Program-made: the position numbers and the translations under genes
From: a virus
Lineage: Duplodnaviria; Caudoviricetes
IMG/VR virus record: IMGVR_UViG_3300037400_004297
Span: 1-64,000 of that record
DNA length: 64,000 nucleotides
Direction: 5' to 3' (one strand)
Shown here: positions 1 through 9,349 of the stretch, piece by piece
Layout: every line of letters starts with the position of its first letter
Numbering within the stretch: the first letter of the stretch is position 1
The notes under the pieces: generated by a model
Databases searched by the model: none
What the model was told of the DNA's origin: nothing
What the model saw: the letters and a program-made list of their open reading frames with translations, nothing else

Positions 1-850
1 GATTTGCTTTCCAGTGTATGGTGATGTTGAGGTTGAACACATCGATTATGAGACAGGTGAGGTTACATATACAACAGAAAAGCAAATCATAGACTATAGT
101 GGTGATTTCTTCTATTTTAACAGTGCAAAACTTGCTAGTGCGTATGGCGACAACGACTATTCTACTGGTAAAAAACTGAAAACGAAGAGAAAGCAAGCAG
201 TACTTGAGGACATTGCTTATTCTATAAACGATTTCCTTGATAGACAGGACAGTGGAGAGATACCATATCCAATGTGTTTCATATGGGATTCAATTGGGTC
301 TATACAATCATTCAAGTCTCTTGAGAGCAAGAGTACTAATAATATGTTTGATGCTGGTGCTATATCGCAGGCTTTCAATAATATAATAAACAATAGAATA
401 CCATCTTCAAAAAGCATGGGTTCTGAGTATACAAATACATTCTTCTGTGTCAATAAGATTTGGAACGATTCAATGAACTCAATGGGTGGAGTGCCATCTA
501 TAGAATTGAAAGGTGGTAAAACATTCTTCTATGGAGCACGACTTATTATGCATCTTGGAGGTATTGGAAAGGCTGCAACTAAGAAGCTTACAGCAACAGC
601 AAAGGGTGAAACGTACAATTATGGCATTACCACAAAGATTAGGACAACAAAGAACCAACTTCCAACACCTTGGAATGTAACCTATGAGGGAGAAATGTCT
701 TGTGTACATAGCGGGCTTGTTAACCCTAATAAACTTGATGATTACAAGAAGACCTATATGAAGGATATACTTACAAGACTTGAGGAAAATGGTGGAAAGG
801 ATGTAACAGAGTCAGATATCCAATTTGCGGAGGAAGCAACAGATGAGTGA
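1..850 (+). CDS. recA: RecA/UvsX-like recombinase, C-terminal part (5' truncated by window edge)
   Basis: Frame is open from the window start. Walker-B-like FIWDSIGS, CVNKIW, and LKGGKTFFYGARLIMHL resembling the RecA GG-AL-FY motif. Confidence 0.8.
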   Translation, partial: ICFPVYGDVEVEHIDYETGEVTYTTEKQIIDYSGDFFYFNSAKLASAYGDNDYSTGKKLKTKRKQAVLEDIAYSINDFLDRQDSGEIPYPMCFIWDSIGSIQSFKSLESKSTNNMFDAGAISQAFNNIINNRIPSSKSMGSEYTNTFFCVNKIWNDSMNSMGGVPSIELKGGKTFFYGARLIMHLGGIGKAATKKLTATAKGETYNYGITTKIRTTKNQLPTPWNVTYEGEMSCVHSGLVNPNKLDDYKKTYMKDILTRLEENGGKDVTESDIQFAEEATDE

Positions 851-1175
851 GTTGAAAACACCTTATGAATTATTTGGTATTGAGTGTGGTAAGGGGTGGA
901 AGTCCCTTTACCAACCGATACTTGATAAAGTTGAAGAAATAAATAAGGAAACAGATGATAAAATCTTCATAACCCAGGTTAAGGAGAAATTTGGAAGGCT
1001 TGAGGTTTATCTAAGTAGATATACTGATGAACTTATGAGGATGAAAAACGAGGCTTCTGAGAAGTCTAGTCATATTTGCGAGGAATGTGGTAAGCCAGCA
1101 GAGACTATAATTGTTGGCGGTTGGTATTACCCATTATGTAATGATTGTTATGAGAAACATTTAAAAAAAAATTAG
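843..1175 (+). CDS. Hypothetical phage protein with C-terminal CxxC...CxxC
   Basis: Start at ATG 843 overlapping the upstream stop; QVKEKFGRL and CEECG...CNDC motifs. Confidence 0.6.
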   Translation: MSELKTPYELFGIECGKGWKSLYQPILDKVEEINKETDDKIFITQVKEKFGRLEVYLSRYTDELMRMKNEASEKSSHICEECGKPAETIIVGGWYYPLCNDCYEKHLKKN

Positions 1176-1178
1176 TTT

Positions 1179-2090
1179 ATGATTAAGAGTTATATTAAAA
1201 CGTTTACTCCAGAAGAAGCTTTGGATATTGTTATGAATCATAACGAGAACTATAGAAAGCTAAACCAAACAAAAGCCTTAGAATATGCTAAGGTTATGAA
1301 GGCTGGAAAGTGGGAAGAGGAAAATGGTGAGACCATTGGTTTTTATGAGAACGGTAATTTGGCTAATGGTCAGCACAAGTTGTATGCAATGAGTAAAGCT
1401 GGTGTAAGTCTGACTTTCCTGGTTGTTGAAGGAATAAAGAACAATGCCACAACAACAATTGATGTTGGCTTCAAGAGAAGTTCAGAAGATGCCATAAGGT
1501 ATACGTTAAGGGATACTGGAAAAGAGTTTATTCATGGAGCATTCTCAATAACAAAACAGGTTATGCAATTGAGAAAACAATGTAAGCTGAATGAACAGTC
1601 TCCTTATAAGGTAGGACTTACTGAATTGGAAGTAAGAGAAGATTGCTTGGATGACATTGATGGATATAACGAAGCTGCTTTGTTTGGCAAACAAATAAAG
1701 AAAGAAAGTAAAGTTATTAAGACAAATGAAGCTGGTTCTATTTATTATTATCTGACGCATGATATGGAAATAAATCCTTGGTATGTTAAGGACTACTTTA
1801 ATAAGCTTCTCTCTGCTGCTAGGAATGATAAAACAATATTCAATACCACTATAACAAACCTTTCAATGAAAGTAAAAAGTAGTGATAGATATGATGAGCT
1901 AATATGGGGGTGGAACTCATATATCAGGGGTAATACAACAAGAAGATGCCCATATTCAGGATGGTTTGAACGTCCTAATAATAAGGCTTTTTATACTAAA
2001 GACACAGTTGGAGAATTTAACAACTGCATTGGTGTAGGATTAACTGAAGAAGAAGCGTCAGAGGCTGTTCTAGTACGTGAAATTAGTTAG
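1179..2090 (+). CDS. ParB/Srx-like (DGQHR-type) domain protein
   Basis: LANGQHKLYA resembles the (D/N)GQHRL motif of ParB/Srx-fold phage proteins. Confidence 0.5.
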   Translation: MIKSYIKTFTPEEALDIVMNHNENYRKLNQTKALEYAKVMKAGKWEEENGETIGFYENGNLANGQHKLYAMSKAGVSLTFLVVEGIKNNATTTIDVGFKRSSEDAIRYTLRDTGKEFIHGAFSITKQVMQLRKQCKLNEQSPYKVGLTELEVREDCLDDIDGYNEAALFGKQIKKESKVIKTNEAGSIYYYLTHDMEINPWYVKDYFNKLLSAARNDKTIFNTTITNLSMKVKSSDRYDELIWGWNSYIRGNTTRRCPYSGWFERPNNKAFYTKDTVGEFNNCIGVGLTEEEASEAVLVREIS

Positions 2091-2094
2091 AAAT

Positions 2095-2126
2095 AAAAGA
2101 AGGTTAGGAAAGCTCCTAACCTTTTA
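2095..2126. terminator. Bidirectional intrinsic terminator
   Basis: aggttagga-aagc-tcctaacct hairpin, A-rich 5' side and T-rich 3' side, between convergent genes. Confidence 0.8.
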
Positions 2127-4629
2127 TTATACGATTTAATATGTCGTTGAATTTTTTAGATTCGGCTTTTAAACCAGCAGCCTCTCTGTCAGCAATGCCG
2201 CCTATCTTGTCTTTAGCACTTGTTATAATGTTGTTAACAATAAGTTCCATACCAATTTTCTCAGCATGCTCATGTGACTCAGAAAGTCTGTTTGCAAATA
2301 TTTCTTTTGCTTCATGATATGTGGTCATTTTATTACTAATGCCACGTTTCTGGTTGGCATTATCCATGTCGAATGAATCTGTATTGTCTCCATGAACTTC
2401 AACTAATACGTATAGTTCCCCAACATTTTCATTTTTAGGTTCATAGCACATTCTGCAAAGATAACAGTCCATTTTTATTGGCATACCTTCATCGTCCAAC
2501 ACGTCTCCGTGTCTTCCACAAGGGCATTTATAATAAAGTCTTTTTTTCAGTGTAGGACCGTTTTTGTCGAACATATCAGTATATTGTTCAGGATTTGTTG
2601 TTTCACTATCATTTACATATGGTTTAGGGTTGTATTTAACATGTATACCGTCGCCTGTTTTGTGTAAAGGTACAAGTTGTTTAGAACCGTCATATTCCCC
2701 TTTACCACGTTCACTTTTATCTCTCACGATGTAGTTTAATTTTCTTCCTGTAGGTACGTATGTATCCTCTAGTCTATTATATAGTTCAGAACTAACCGCA
2801 AAGAATCTTCTTGCAATTGCACCAGAAGAGCCGCCAGTATCATCTGCACCAAGTGTTCCAACATTCATTGTAGATGCATTAATGATTATATTCTTAATTT
2901 TAGTGAAGTTAAGGTTTCTACAAGTATATGCTGCCGTGCTTATGCCTACTAATTTTAAATCACCAACAAACTCATCGAAAGCATCCAAAAGCCATTGACC
3001 TATGAAGTCCCCCTCTTCATTAAGTCTTATAAATTTAGCTCTAAATGCATTAGGTGTGTTCTTTATAACATTAAGGTCTTGTTTATCGAATATGTCTGCA
3101 AAATTATTTGAATAAATTAACATAGAAAGATTTTCTCTTGCTCCTTTAGGCTTAGATAAAGGTTTGTTAGGGCCTATTTTTCTCACAGCTTCATCTATAT
3201 ATTCATTTAACACCCTTCCAAGAAGTGACCTATTTTCTCCCATATTATCATCATTATTATTAGGCTTTTTTGCTTTCCAATTTGGTTCTGATAGGATGTT
3301 ATTTTTTGAAGGCGTGCCAAGTCTGTTGAATAGTCCTTTTAATGGCGTTAGATTGTCTTGGCTATTAAGTTTTTTAAACCATTTTTGTGATGTTTTCGGG
3401 TTTTCAAGAAGTGCTCCAGCCATATTCCCTGGATTAATAAGATGCATCTTTATGACCTTGAACATTGCAGCGAGAAGGTCTGGGTCTTTATGGGCTGTCT
3501 GCCACATCATATGAAGGTTAGAGTTCTTTTTGTGAAGGCCTTCATAGTTATGTTCAGAACCCCTTGCGTAACAAGCATAACCAACAAGGCATTCATTCCA
3601 GGCAGGGCATCTGTGTGCTGTTGTAAAGTTTATAACAAGTGTATCTTCAGGAAGTTTAGAGTTACCATATGTATACATAGCAGTAGGCATCTTAAACTCA
3701 TACCCGAATTTACTGTTAAGCATTTTATTGAACATAGCTTTAAAGTATAGGTTCTTAAGGTCTGCAAGTGCTTTCTTATCACCATTCTTTGCCATATCAG
3801 CCATTTCGCCATATGTAGGGTTATGTTTTTCGTCTTCGAAATGGTGACCTTGTCTTGTTCCAGTTTTGAAATATCTGAATATTTCTTCATCAGATACGTT
3901 TGTAAGGTCTAGATTTTCAATATCATAACCAACGACCTTATTGGCAGGCATAAATTGCCTTGTTGTTTCACCTTTTTTGTTCTTCTTCTCTGGAGTATCT
4001 TCTGGCTTTGTGTTCATAAGAGTTTCTTCGGTGTCATACACATAGTTACCGTTTTCATCTTTTTTAACAGAGCCATCGTCATTTGTAAGTGGTTTCAAGG
4101 TTCTGTAGTTAGTACCAAATGGAGTATAGTTTATACCAGCATCCTTAGCTCTTGATTGGTCATAAGCTGGGGTTAATGAGAACTTATCTGCCATATCTAA
4201 ATACCTTCTTAAGCCACTATAGCCACCGTATTTCTTCATAATCTCTTTTTTTCTATCAGACGGCGTGCTAGGATTAGTCCACTCATTATAATCCATTAAA
4301 GCCTGTTTTAGTTCCCCACTCATAGTTCCAACTGCTTTCTCATATGAACCTTTTACATCGTCCCTATTAAGAATAGCATCTGCTTCTGCTTTACGTTGTG
4401 TATTTTTATCTAGATTTATACCAATATTTTTAGCAGTATTAGAAAAAGTCTCTTTTTCGTCATTTGTAAGACTATCGTAATATTTTTGGAAAGTGTTACC
4501 AAGCTCTCTTTTAGCTGCTTTTGTTGAGGATGAATCTCCTTTTATTTTTTCATTGAGAATGTTTGCATTTGTTCCATGAAACATTTCATTAACAACGTCT
4601 TTTATGAATATATCTATATTTTTTTCCAT
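2116..4629 (-). CDS. Large Gp88-like (Fe-S/radical-SAM-like) domain protein with long N-terminal extension
   Basis: GNSKL...RCPAWNECLVGYACYA, FIRLNEEGDF, AYTCR and C-terminal CPC...CYLCRMC match my recollection of the Gp88-family motif order. Confidence 0.5.
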   Translation of the reverse strand: MEKNIDIFIKDVVNEMFHGTNANILNEKIKGDSSSTKAAKRELGNTFQKYYDSLTNDEKETFSNTAKNIGINLDKNTQRKAEADAILNRDDVKGSYEKAVGTMSGELKQALMDYNEWTNPSTPSDRKKEIMKKYGGYSGLRRYLDMADKFSLTPAYDQSRAKDAGINYTPFGTNYRTLKPLTNDDGSVKKDENGNYVYDTEETLMNTKPEDTPEKKNKKGETTRQFMPANKVVGYDIENLDLTNVSDEEIFRYFKTGTRQGHHFEDEKHNPTYGEMADMAKNGDKKALADLKNLYFKAMFNKMLNSKFGYEFKMPTAMYTYGNSKLPEDTLVINFTTAHRCPAWNECLVGYACYARGSEHNYEGLHKKNSNLHMMWQTAHKDPDLLAAMFKVIKMHLINPGNMAGALLENPKTSQKWFKKLNSQDNLTPLKGLFNRLGTPSKNNILSEPNWKAKKPNNNDDNMGENRSLLGRVLNEYIDEAVRKIGPNKPLSKPKGARENLSMLIYSNNFADIFDKQDLNVIKNTPNAFRAKFIRLNEEGDFIGQWLLDAFDEFVGDLKLVGISTAAYTCRNLNFTKIKNIIINASTMNVGTLGADDTGGSSGAIARRFFAVSSELYNRLEDTYVPTGRKLNYIVRDKSERGKGEYDGSKQLVPLHKTGDGIHVKYNPKPYVNDSETTNPEQYTDMFDKNGPTLKKRLYYKCPCGRHGDVLDDEGMPIKMDCYLCRMCYEPKNENVGELYVLVEVHGDNTDSFDMDNANQKRGISNKMTTYHEAKEIFANRLSESHEHAEKIGMELIVNNIITSAKDKIGGIADREAAGLKAESKKFNDILNRIIKG

Positions 4630-4678
4630 AATTAAAATATAATTAATATGAGTTTTTTAAAAATAAATATCAAATAAA

Positions 4679-4711
4679 TTTGCAATTTTAACTTTTTTTA
4701 TATATCTTTGC
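4679..4711 (+). promoter_or_regulatory. Bacteroidota sigma-ABfr-type promoter
   Basis: tttg at about 4679 and TATCTTTG at 4703-4710, directly upstream of the ATG at 4715. Confidence 0.7.
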
Positions 4712-4714
4712 ACT

Positions 4715-5884
4715 ATGAAGCAGCCAATAAAAAAAAGAATAGCCACAGCAAATGGAATAGATACTGAAAAGCAAGTCTATACACTAATTGTGGATGGCAA
4801 TAACCTACTTAAAATGTCATCTGTTGATAAGAGAATGAATAATAATGGAGAGGAATATGGCGCAGTCCTCGTTTTTATAAGAAAGCTTGGTGAGGTGCTG
4901 CTGAAAAAAGATTTTGACTATTGCATAGTATCATGGGATGGAACTGGCTCAGGAGTAATGAGATATAGGGTTTATCCAGAATATAAAGCAAACCGTGATA
5001 AACACTATGAATTAATCGAAGGTAAAACAGATTATGACAAATATATAGAGAATTACGCTAAGAAGATACTTCAAAACAGAAGAAAGAAAGAAACAGTAAG
5101 GAAAGAGACCGATGATGAATCATTCAAAAGGCAGAAAGATATCATTCAGGATATTCTGGAAGAACTCTGTATAAGACAATATGAATTTGATGATGTTGAG
5201 GGTGATGATATAGTAGCTTACTATGTTAAACACAAAAACCCTAAGGAAAGGGTTGTTATAATGTCATCAGACAGGGATATGACTCAGCTAATATCCGATA
5301 CTGTCATAATATGGAATCCCAGGGATAAGAAGTTTATAACTGCTGACAATTCTATAAAAGAGCTTGGAATAACGCACGAGAATATCGTTCTTGAGAAGAT
5401 GCTTTGTGGTGATGTATCAGACAACATAAAAGGGGTTAAGGGGCTTGGTGAACAAACGCTTATTAAGTATTTCCCAGAAATTGTTGGTAACAAAATAGAT
5501 ATTAACGTCATAATAAAACGTTCAAAAGAGATTCTAGAGGAAAGGAAACAAAATAAGAAACCTCCACTGAAAGTGCTTAATAACATAATAGATGGTGTTA
5601 CAGAAGGTTGTCAGGGGGACAAATTGTATGAGATTAACAAGCAAATAATAGACTTATCAGAGCCACTTATAACAGACGAAGCTAGTGAATATCTTAGAGA
5701 ACGTTTGTATGCCCCTATAGATACAGACGAAAGGAGTGCTAAGAACGCTTATAAGATAATAGAGAATAATGGAATGTACGACTTGCTGGATGAAAAGAAA
5801 TTCGGTGATATTCTTGCCCCTTATAGCCGTATTATATTAATGGAGGGTAGAAGATATGCTAAATATCAAGCAGAGAGTAAATGA
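4715..5884 (+). CDS. 5'-3' exonuclease / flap endonuclease (PolI N-terminal or T4 RNase H-like)
   Basis: LIVDGNN, SWDG, YPEYKANR, EGDDIVA, SSDRDMTQL, GDVSDNIKGVKGLGE motifs. Confidence 0.92.
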   Translation: MKQPIKKRIATANGIDTEKQVYTLIVDGNNLLKMSSVDKRMNNNGEEYGAVLVFIRKLGEVLLKKDFDYCIVSWDGTGSGVMRYRVYPEYKANRDKHYELIEGKTDYDKYIENYAKKILQNRRKKETVRKETDDESFKRQKDIIQDILEELCIRQYEFDDVEGDDIVAYYVKHKNPKERVVIMSSDRDMTQLISDTVIIWNPRDKKFITADNSIKELGITHENIVLEKMLCGDVSDNIKGVKGLGEQTLIKYFPEIVGNKIDINVIIKRSKEILEERKQNKKPPLKVLNNIIDGVTEGCQGDKLYEINKQIIDLSEPLITDEASEYLRERLYAPIDTDERSAKNAYKIIENNGMYDLLDEKKFGDILAPYSRIILMEGRRYAKYQAESK

Positions 5885-6221
5885 AATAAATTTGGAAAAT
5901 CCAACTATAGATGATGTTAAGTATAAGTCCATAAAGAACCTTTATACAAAACTTAAGGTTGGTAGAAAGTATAAGGAAATGAAAAGACTTAAATTGATAA
6001 TGTCATTCTTGCCTTCCATGATTACAAAGAATAATTATGTGATAATAGAAAAGGCTGTTCTAAACCCAGATGGACTACAAGTTATAATTGGAACAAGAGA
6101 AGGGTGTTACAGATATAAGTTCGAGGAATATGCTATAAATAAATATCCTGCTCATGGTGGGACACCATTGGCTAATAGGTATTTACTAACAGATTTTTAT
6201 GAATATTTCGATACAAAATAA
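5856..6221 (+). CDS. Hypothetical protein
   Basis: 121-aa ORF in operon context; start uncertain. Confidence 0.5.
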   Translation: MLNIKQRVNEINLENPTIDDVKYKSIKNLYTKLKVGRKYKEMKRLKLIMSFLPSMITKNNYVIIEKAVLNPDGLQVIIGTREGCYRYKFEEYAINKYPAHGGTPLANRYLLTDFYEYFDTK

Positions 6222-6228
6222 ATATGGT

Positions 6229-6257
6229 AAAAGGTGACTCAAATAGTCACCTTTTTT
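6229..6257 (+). terminator. Intrinsic terminator
   Basis: aaaaggtgact-caaat-agtcacctttttt hairpin with T-tract. Confidence 0.75.
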
Positions 6258-6269
6258 GTATTTATAGGT

Positions 6270-6596
6270 ATGAGAAAGATATTTGGTTTAATAATTGGAT
6301 TAATGGTTCTCTCATGTACTCCTAAGATTACTGAGGGTGTTGAAAAGGGGGACAAAATGGTAAATACAATGAAAGGTAAATATTCAATCGCTCAGTTTGA
6401 TTCAATGTGTGTTGCCGACACCCTCCCACGCTCTTTGAATGAGTGGAAACGTCTTGGTGTGAAGGATTATGAGAGTCATCAAAGAACCTACCTTTATCTG
6501 TACATGAAAACAAACGGAAGAAATGAAAGTGTGTATAAGGTTGAGGACACAAGTGATGACAGTGTTAAAATAATTAAGAGAATAACAACTGATTAA
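6270..6596 (+). CDS. Predicted lipoprotein
   Basis: MRKIFGLIIGLMVLS-C lipobox-like signal; ATG 6270 follows a TATTTATA motif. Confidence 0.6.
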   Translation: MRKIFGLIIGLMVLSCTPKITEGVEKGDKMVNTMKGKYSIAQFDSMCVADTLPRSLNEWKRLGVKDYESHQRTYLYLYMKTNGRNESVYKVEDTSDDSVKIIKRITTD

Positions 6597-6598
6597 CT

Positions 6599-7222
6599 AT
6601 GAATTATGGATTTATACCATCGAAAATGGATGGTACTGAGGTGAAATTCAAGGAAATTAAGGATTTCGAAATACCAGAGGAATATTCTTACAAGAAATAT
6701 CTTCCTGATGTAATCAATCAGGGAAATAACCCAATATGCGTCCCATGTTCTTTGTCAGCCTATATAAATTGGTCTATTAATACTGACACTGGAGAAAATA
6801 AGGTTGATAATGAAGTTGACCTAAATGAGATATATGACAGCAGAACAACAGATGGTAACGATGGAATGACATTTAAGGATGCCTTGAAGTTTCTTAAGCA
6901 CGAAGGTGTTGAAACAAAGGATGGCGTTGAAACAATAGATAGATATGCAATGGTTGGTGCTGTCATTACATTGAAACAAGCGCTTATACTTAACGGTCCA
7001 TGTGTTGGCGCTCTCCCAGTATATAATTCATATGCGTATGATTTTTGGAGCAAAATGGCTGGCGATAATCTTGAAGGTGGACATGCAGTATCAATAGTTG
7101 GATATAACAAAGATGGATTCATTATCAGGAACTCTTGGGGAAAGGGTTATGGTGATAATGGTTATTCTTTAATGCCATATGATGATTTCGGTGTGTTTAT
7201 GGAGATTTGGACTATTTATTAA
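6599..7222 (+). CDS. Papain-like (C1) cysteine peptidase
   Basis: QGNNPICVPCS (oxyanion Q, catalytic C), GGHAVSIVGY (His), IRNSWG (Asn). Confidence 0.88.
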   Translation: MNYGFIPSKMDGTEVKFKEIKDFEIPEEYSYKKYLPDVINQGNNPICVPCSLSAYINWSINTDTGENKVDNEVDLNEIYDSRTTDGNDGMTFKDALKFLKHEGVETKDGVETIDRYAMVGAVITLKQALILNGPCVGALPVYNSYAYDFWSKMAGDNLEGGHAVSIVGYNKDGFIIRNSWGKGYGDNGYSLMPYDDFGVFMEIWTIY

Positions 7223-7235
7223 CTAAAAGGATATT

Positions 7236-8387
7236 ATGGTTTTAACAGAAGATATGAAATCACTGTTCCGCACAGTGAGAACACTACTTGGTGCTCCTAT
7301 TAGAATTGTTCAATTGGAGGATGAACAGCTTTGTGACCTTCTCGATGTTGCTATAGGTGACTACTCAGAGAAGGTACAGAACTGGGTTCTTGAGACCCAG
7401 TGGCTTAACATACAGAGCAAGGGACAGATACAGTTCCAGAACGCCAATGAGCTTGCGTATGCAATGACCGTTCGTACAATGGACTGGTCTCGTGACTATT
7501 CATACTGGTTCTCACGTGAGGTTGGACTACAACAGAGAGGTAATTATGAACTAAAGAAGGACTTCTTTCAGGTTGAAAGGGGCAAGCAAGTTTATGTCAT
7601 TCCAGCAGGAAGGGAGATAAATAAGGTAATGTATGTAACTCCATCAACCACAAAGGCAGCACTCTACGGAAACCTTGGCACTCTTGATACTGGTATTGGC
7701 GGTGGATTCGGACAATACGGTAACATGGGTAACGGTATGGGTCTTACAGGATTCTATGTTGGTTCAGCATATGATACTGCACTTATGGCAGCAGACCTTA
7801 AGTATAAAAACTCACTTCTCAGGGGTGATTTAGCTTATAAGGTGACAGCAGGACCTAATGGAACACACCTTGTACACCTTATGTCAACTCCTGGCTCTCC
7901 AAATATGGTTGGCGGTGTATCTGCCGATGATACCTGGGGATGGAATAGGTATGCAAGCTGTTATGTGTGGTATACCTATTATGATGTATCTGGTTCAGAT
8001 GATGCAGCAGACCTTTGCATGCTTGAGAACAAGGATGATGTGATAATCACACCAGACCAAGTTCCATTGGATAAAATGAAGTATGAACTGATGAACAATC
8101 CTACACAACAAATTATAAGAAGGCTATTGGTTGCAGAGGCTAAGATATTGCTTGGTATTATAAGAGGTACGTATAGCGGTACTGTGAAGATACCTGATGC
8201 GGAAATGCAGATGGATTATAATATGCTTCTTGACCAAGGAAAGAGTGAAAAGGAGACAGTGCTTAATGAGTTGAAGGAGAGGCTTGAGAGGATGTTACCT
8301 TGGAATCTGATTAAGAACCAGGTGGACATGAATGATAGTCTCATAAAGGTATTGAAGAATAAGCCACTTGGATTGTTTGTGAGATAA
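7236..8387 (+). CDS. Putative neck protein (T4 gp13-like)
   Basis: LGAPIRIVQLEDEQL..L..A N-terminus and AEAKILLGIIRG...MDYNMLLDQG C-terminus, typical of large-myovirus neck proteins. Confidence 0.7.
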   Translation: MVLTEDMKSLFRTVRTLLGAPIRIVQLEDEQLCDLLDVAIGDYSEKVQNWVLETQWLNIQSKGQIQFQNANELAYAMTVRTMDWSRDYSYWFSREVGLQQRGNYELKKDFFQVERGKQVYVIPAGREINKVMYVTPSTTKAALYGNLGTLDTGIGGGFGQYGNMGNGMGLTGFYVGSAYDTALMAADLKYKNSLLRGDLAYKVTAGPNGTHLVHLMSTPGSPNMVGGVSADDTWGWNRYASCYVWYTYYDVSGSDDAADLCMLENKDDVIITPDQVPLDKMKYELMNNPTQQIIRRLLVAEAKILLGIIRGTYSGTVKIPDAEMQMDYNMLLDQGKSEKETVLNELKERLERMLPWNLIKNQVDMNDSLIKVLKNKPLGLFVR

Positions 8388-9283
8388 TGAAAGTAGATAA
8401 TAAACTTGTAGAGAGTGTTGTTAGAGAGGTAATATTGGAATATGGCGGGGTATCAGACGAAATACTGAATCTCGCAAATAAGATATTTTCTGAAATAACA
8501 TCTGATTATAATGGTTACATGTACGACTGGAGACCTGTGGATTATTACATGGGGCTTGATGGTTGTGACCTTGTGAAAAGAATGCCATTACAGTTTGATA
8601 ATAATGAATATGTTGATGAGGTAAATATACGACTTTTTGGATATTATTCAAGGAAGACAAATTTCAATGAAGCTTTGAATTATCTTAAATCAAAGGGACT
8701 TGCTGGAGTATCTTATTCTTACAGTAGAAAAATGGTTAAACTTTTTATACCTTATCCAACAGATGGCAACTTACCTGATGATGTTAAGACGTGGCTTATA
8801 TCTAGTCTAAACCACGAAATAAAACATGGGCTACAGTTTGTAAAACAGTCACATGCTTTAGGCAAGAAAGGTAGACAGTATGCATTCGACAAAAATTATG
8901 ATGCGTCTGTATCTGACACTAACCAAAGTGAATTTGGTGATGATACAGGTACTGCTGAATGGATAAAGCGTTGCTACTATACATTGTGCTATGATGAAAT
9001 AGATGCAAGGTTGCAGTCTTTATATGTGGAATATTCTAAATATGGTGATTTAAATAAGTGTGAATCGTATAAGGATGTTAGATATGCCACACAAATGTAT
9101 CAAATGCTGTTAATGACAATGATAAAGCCAGAGCTTAGTAAGAGATTTGATTATCTTGTTAGGAAGATTTTTGATAACAGATTGAATGCAAAATCTTTCC
9201 TTAAACTTTGCCAGAGAGGTGTAAACAGGTTTAATGAACACATGAGAAGGATAGTTGGAAGGGTTAATATTGAGAGAAAATAA
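8387..9283 (+). CDS. Hypothetical protein with HExxH motif (possible Zn metallopeptidase)
   Basis: LNHEIKHG plus downstream DEIDARL glutamate. Confidence 0.5.
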   Translation: MKVDNKLVESVVREVILEYGGVSDEILNLANKIFSEITSDYNGYMYDWRPVDYYMGLDGCDLVKRMPLQFDNNEYVDEVNIRLFGYYSRKTNFNEALNYLKSKGLAGVSYSYSRKMVKLFIPYPTDGNLPDDVKTWLISSLNHEIKHGLQFVKQSHALGKKGRQYAFDKNYDASVSDTNQSEFGDDTGTAEWIKRCYYTLCYDEIDARLQSLYVEYSKYGDLNKCESYKDVRYATQMYQMLLMTMIKPELSKRFDYLVRKIFDNRLNAKSFLKLCQRGVNRFNEHMRRIVGRVNIERK

Positions 9284-9328
9284 TCGGGATAAATCTTGTT
9301 TATCTCGATTTTTTTATATATCTTTGCA
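9282..9328 (+). promoter_or_regulatory. Terminator hairpin fused to Bacteroidota promoter
   Basis: aatcgggataaa-tcttg-tttatctcgatt hairpin, T-tract, then TATCTTTG. Confidence 0.75.
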
Positions 9329-9349
9329 TATATTAATATTTTTTAACAT

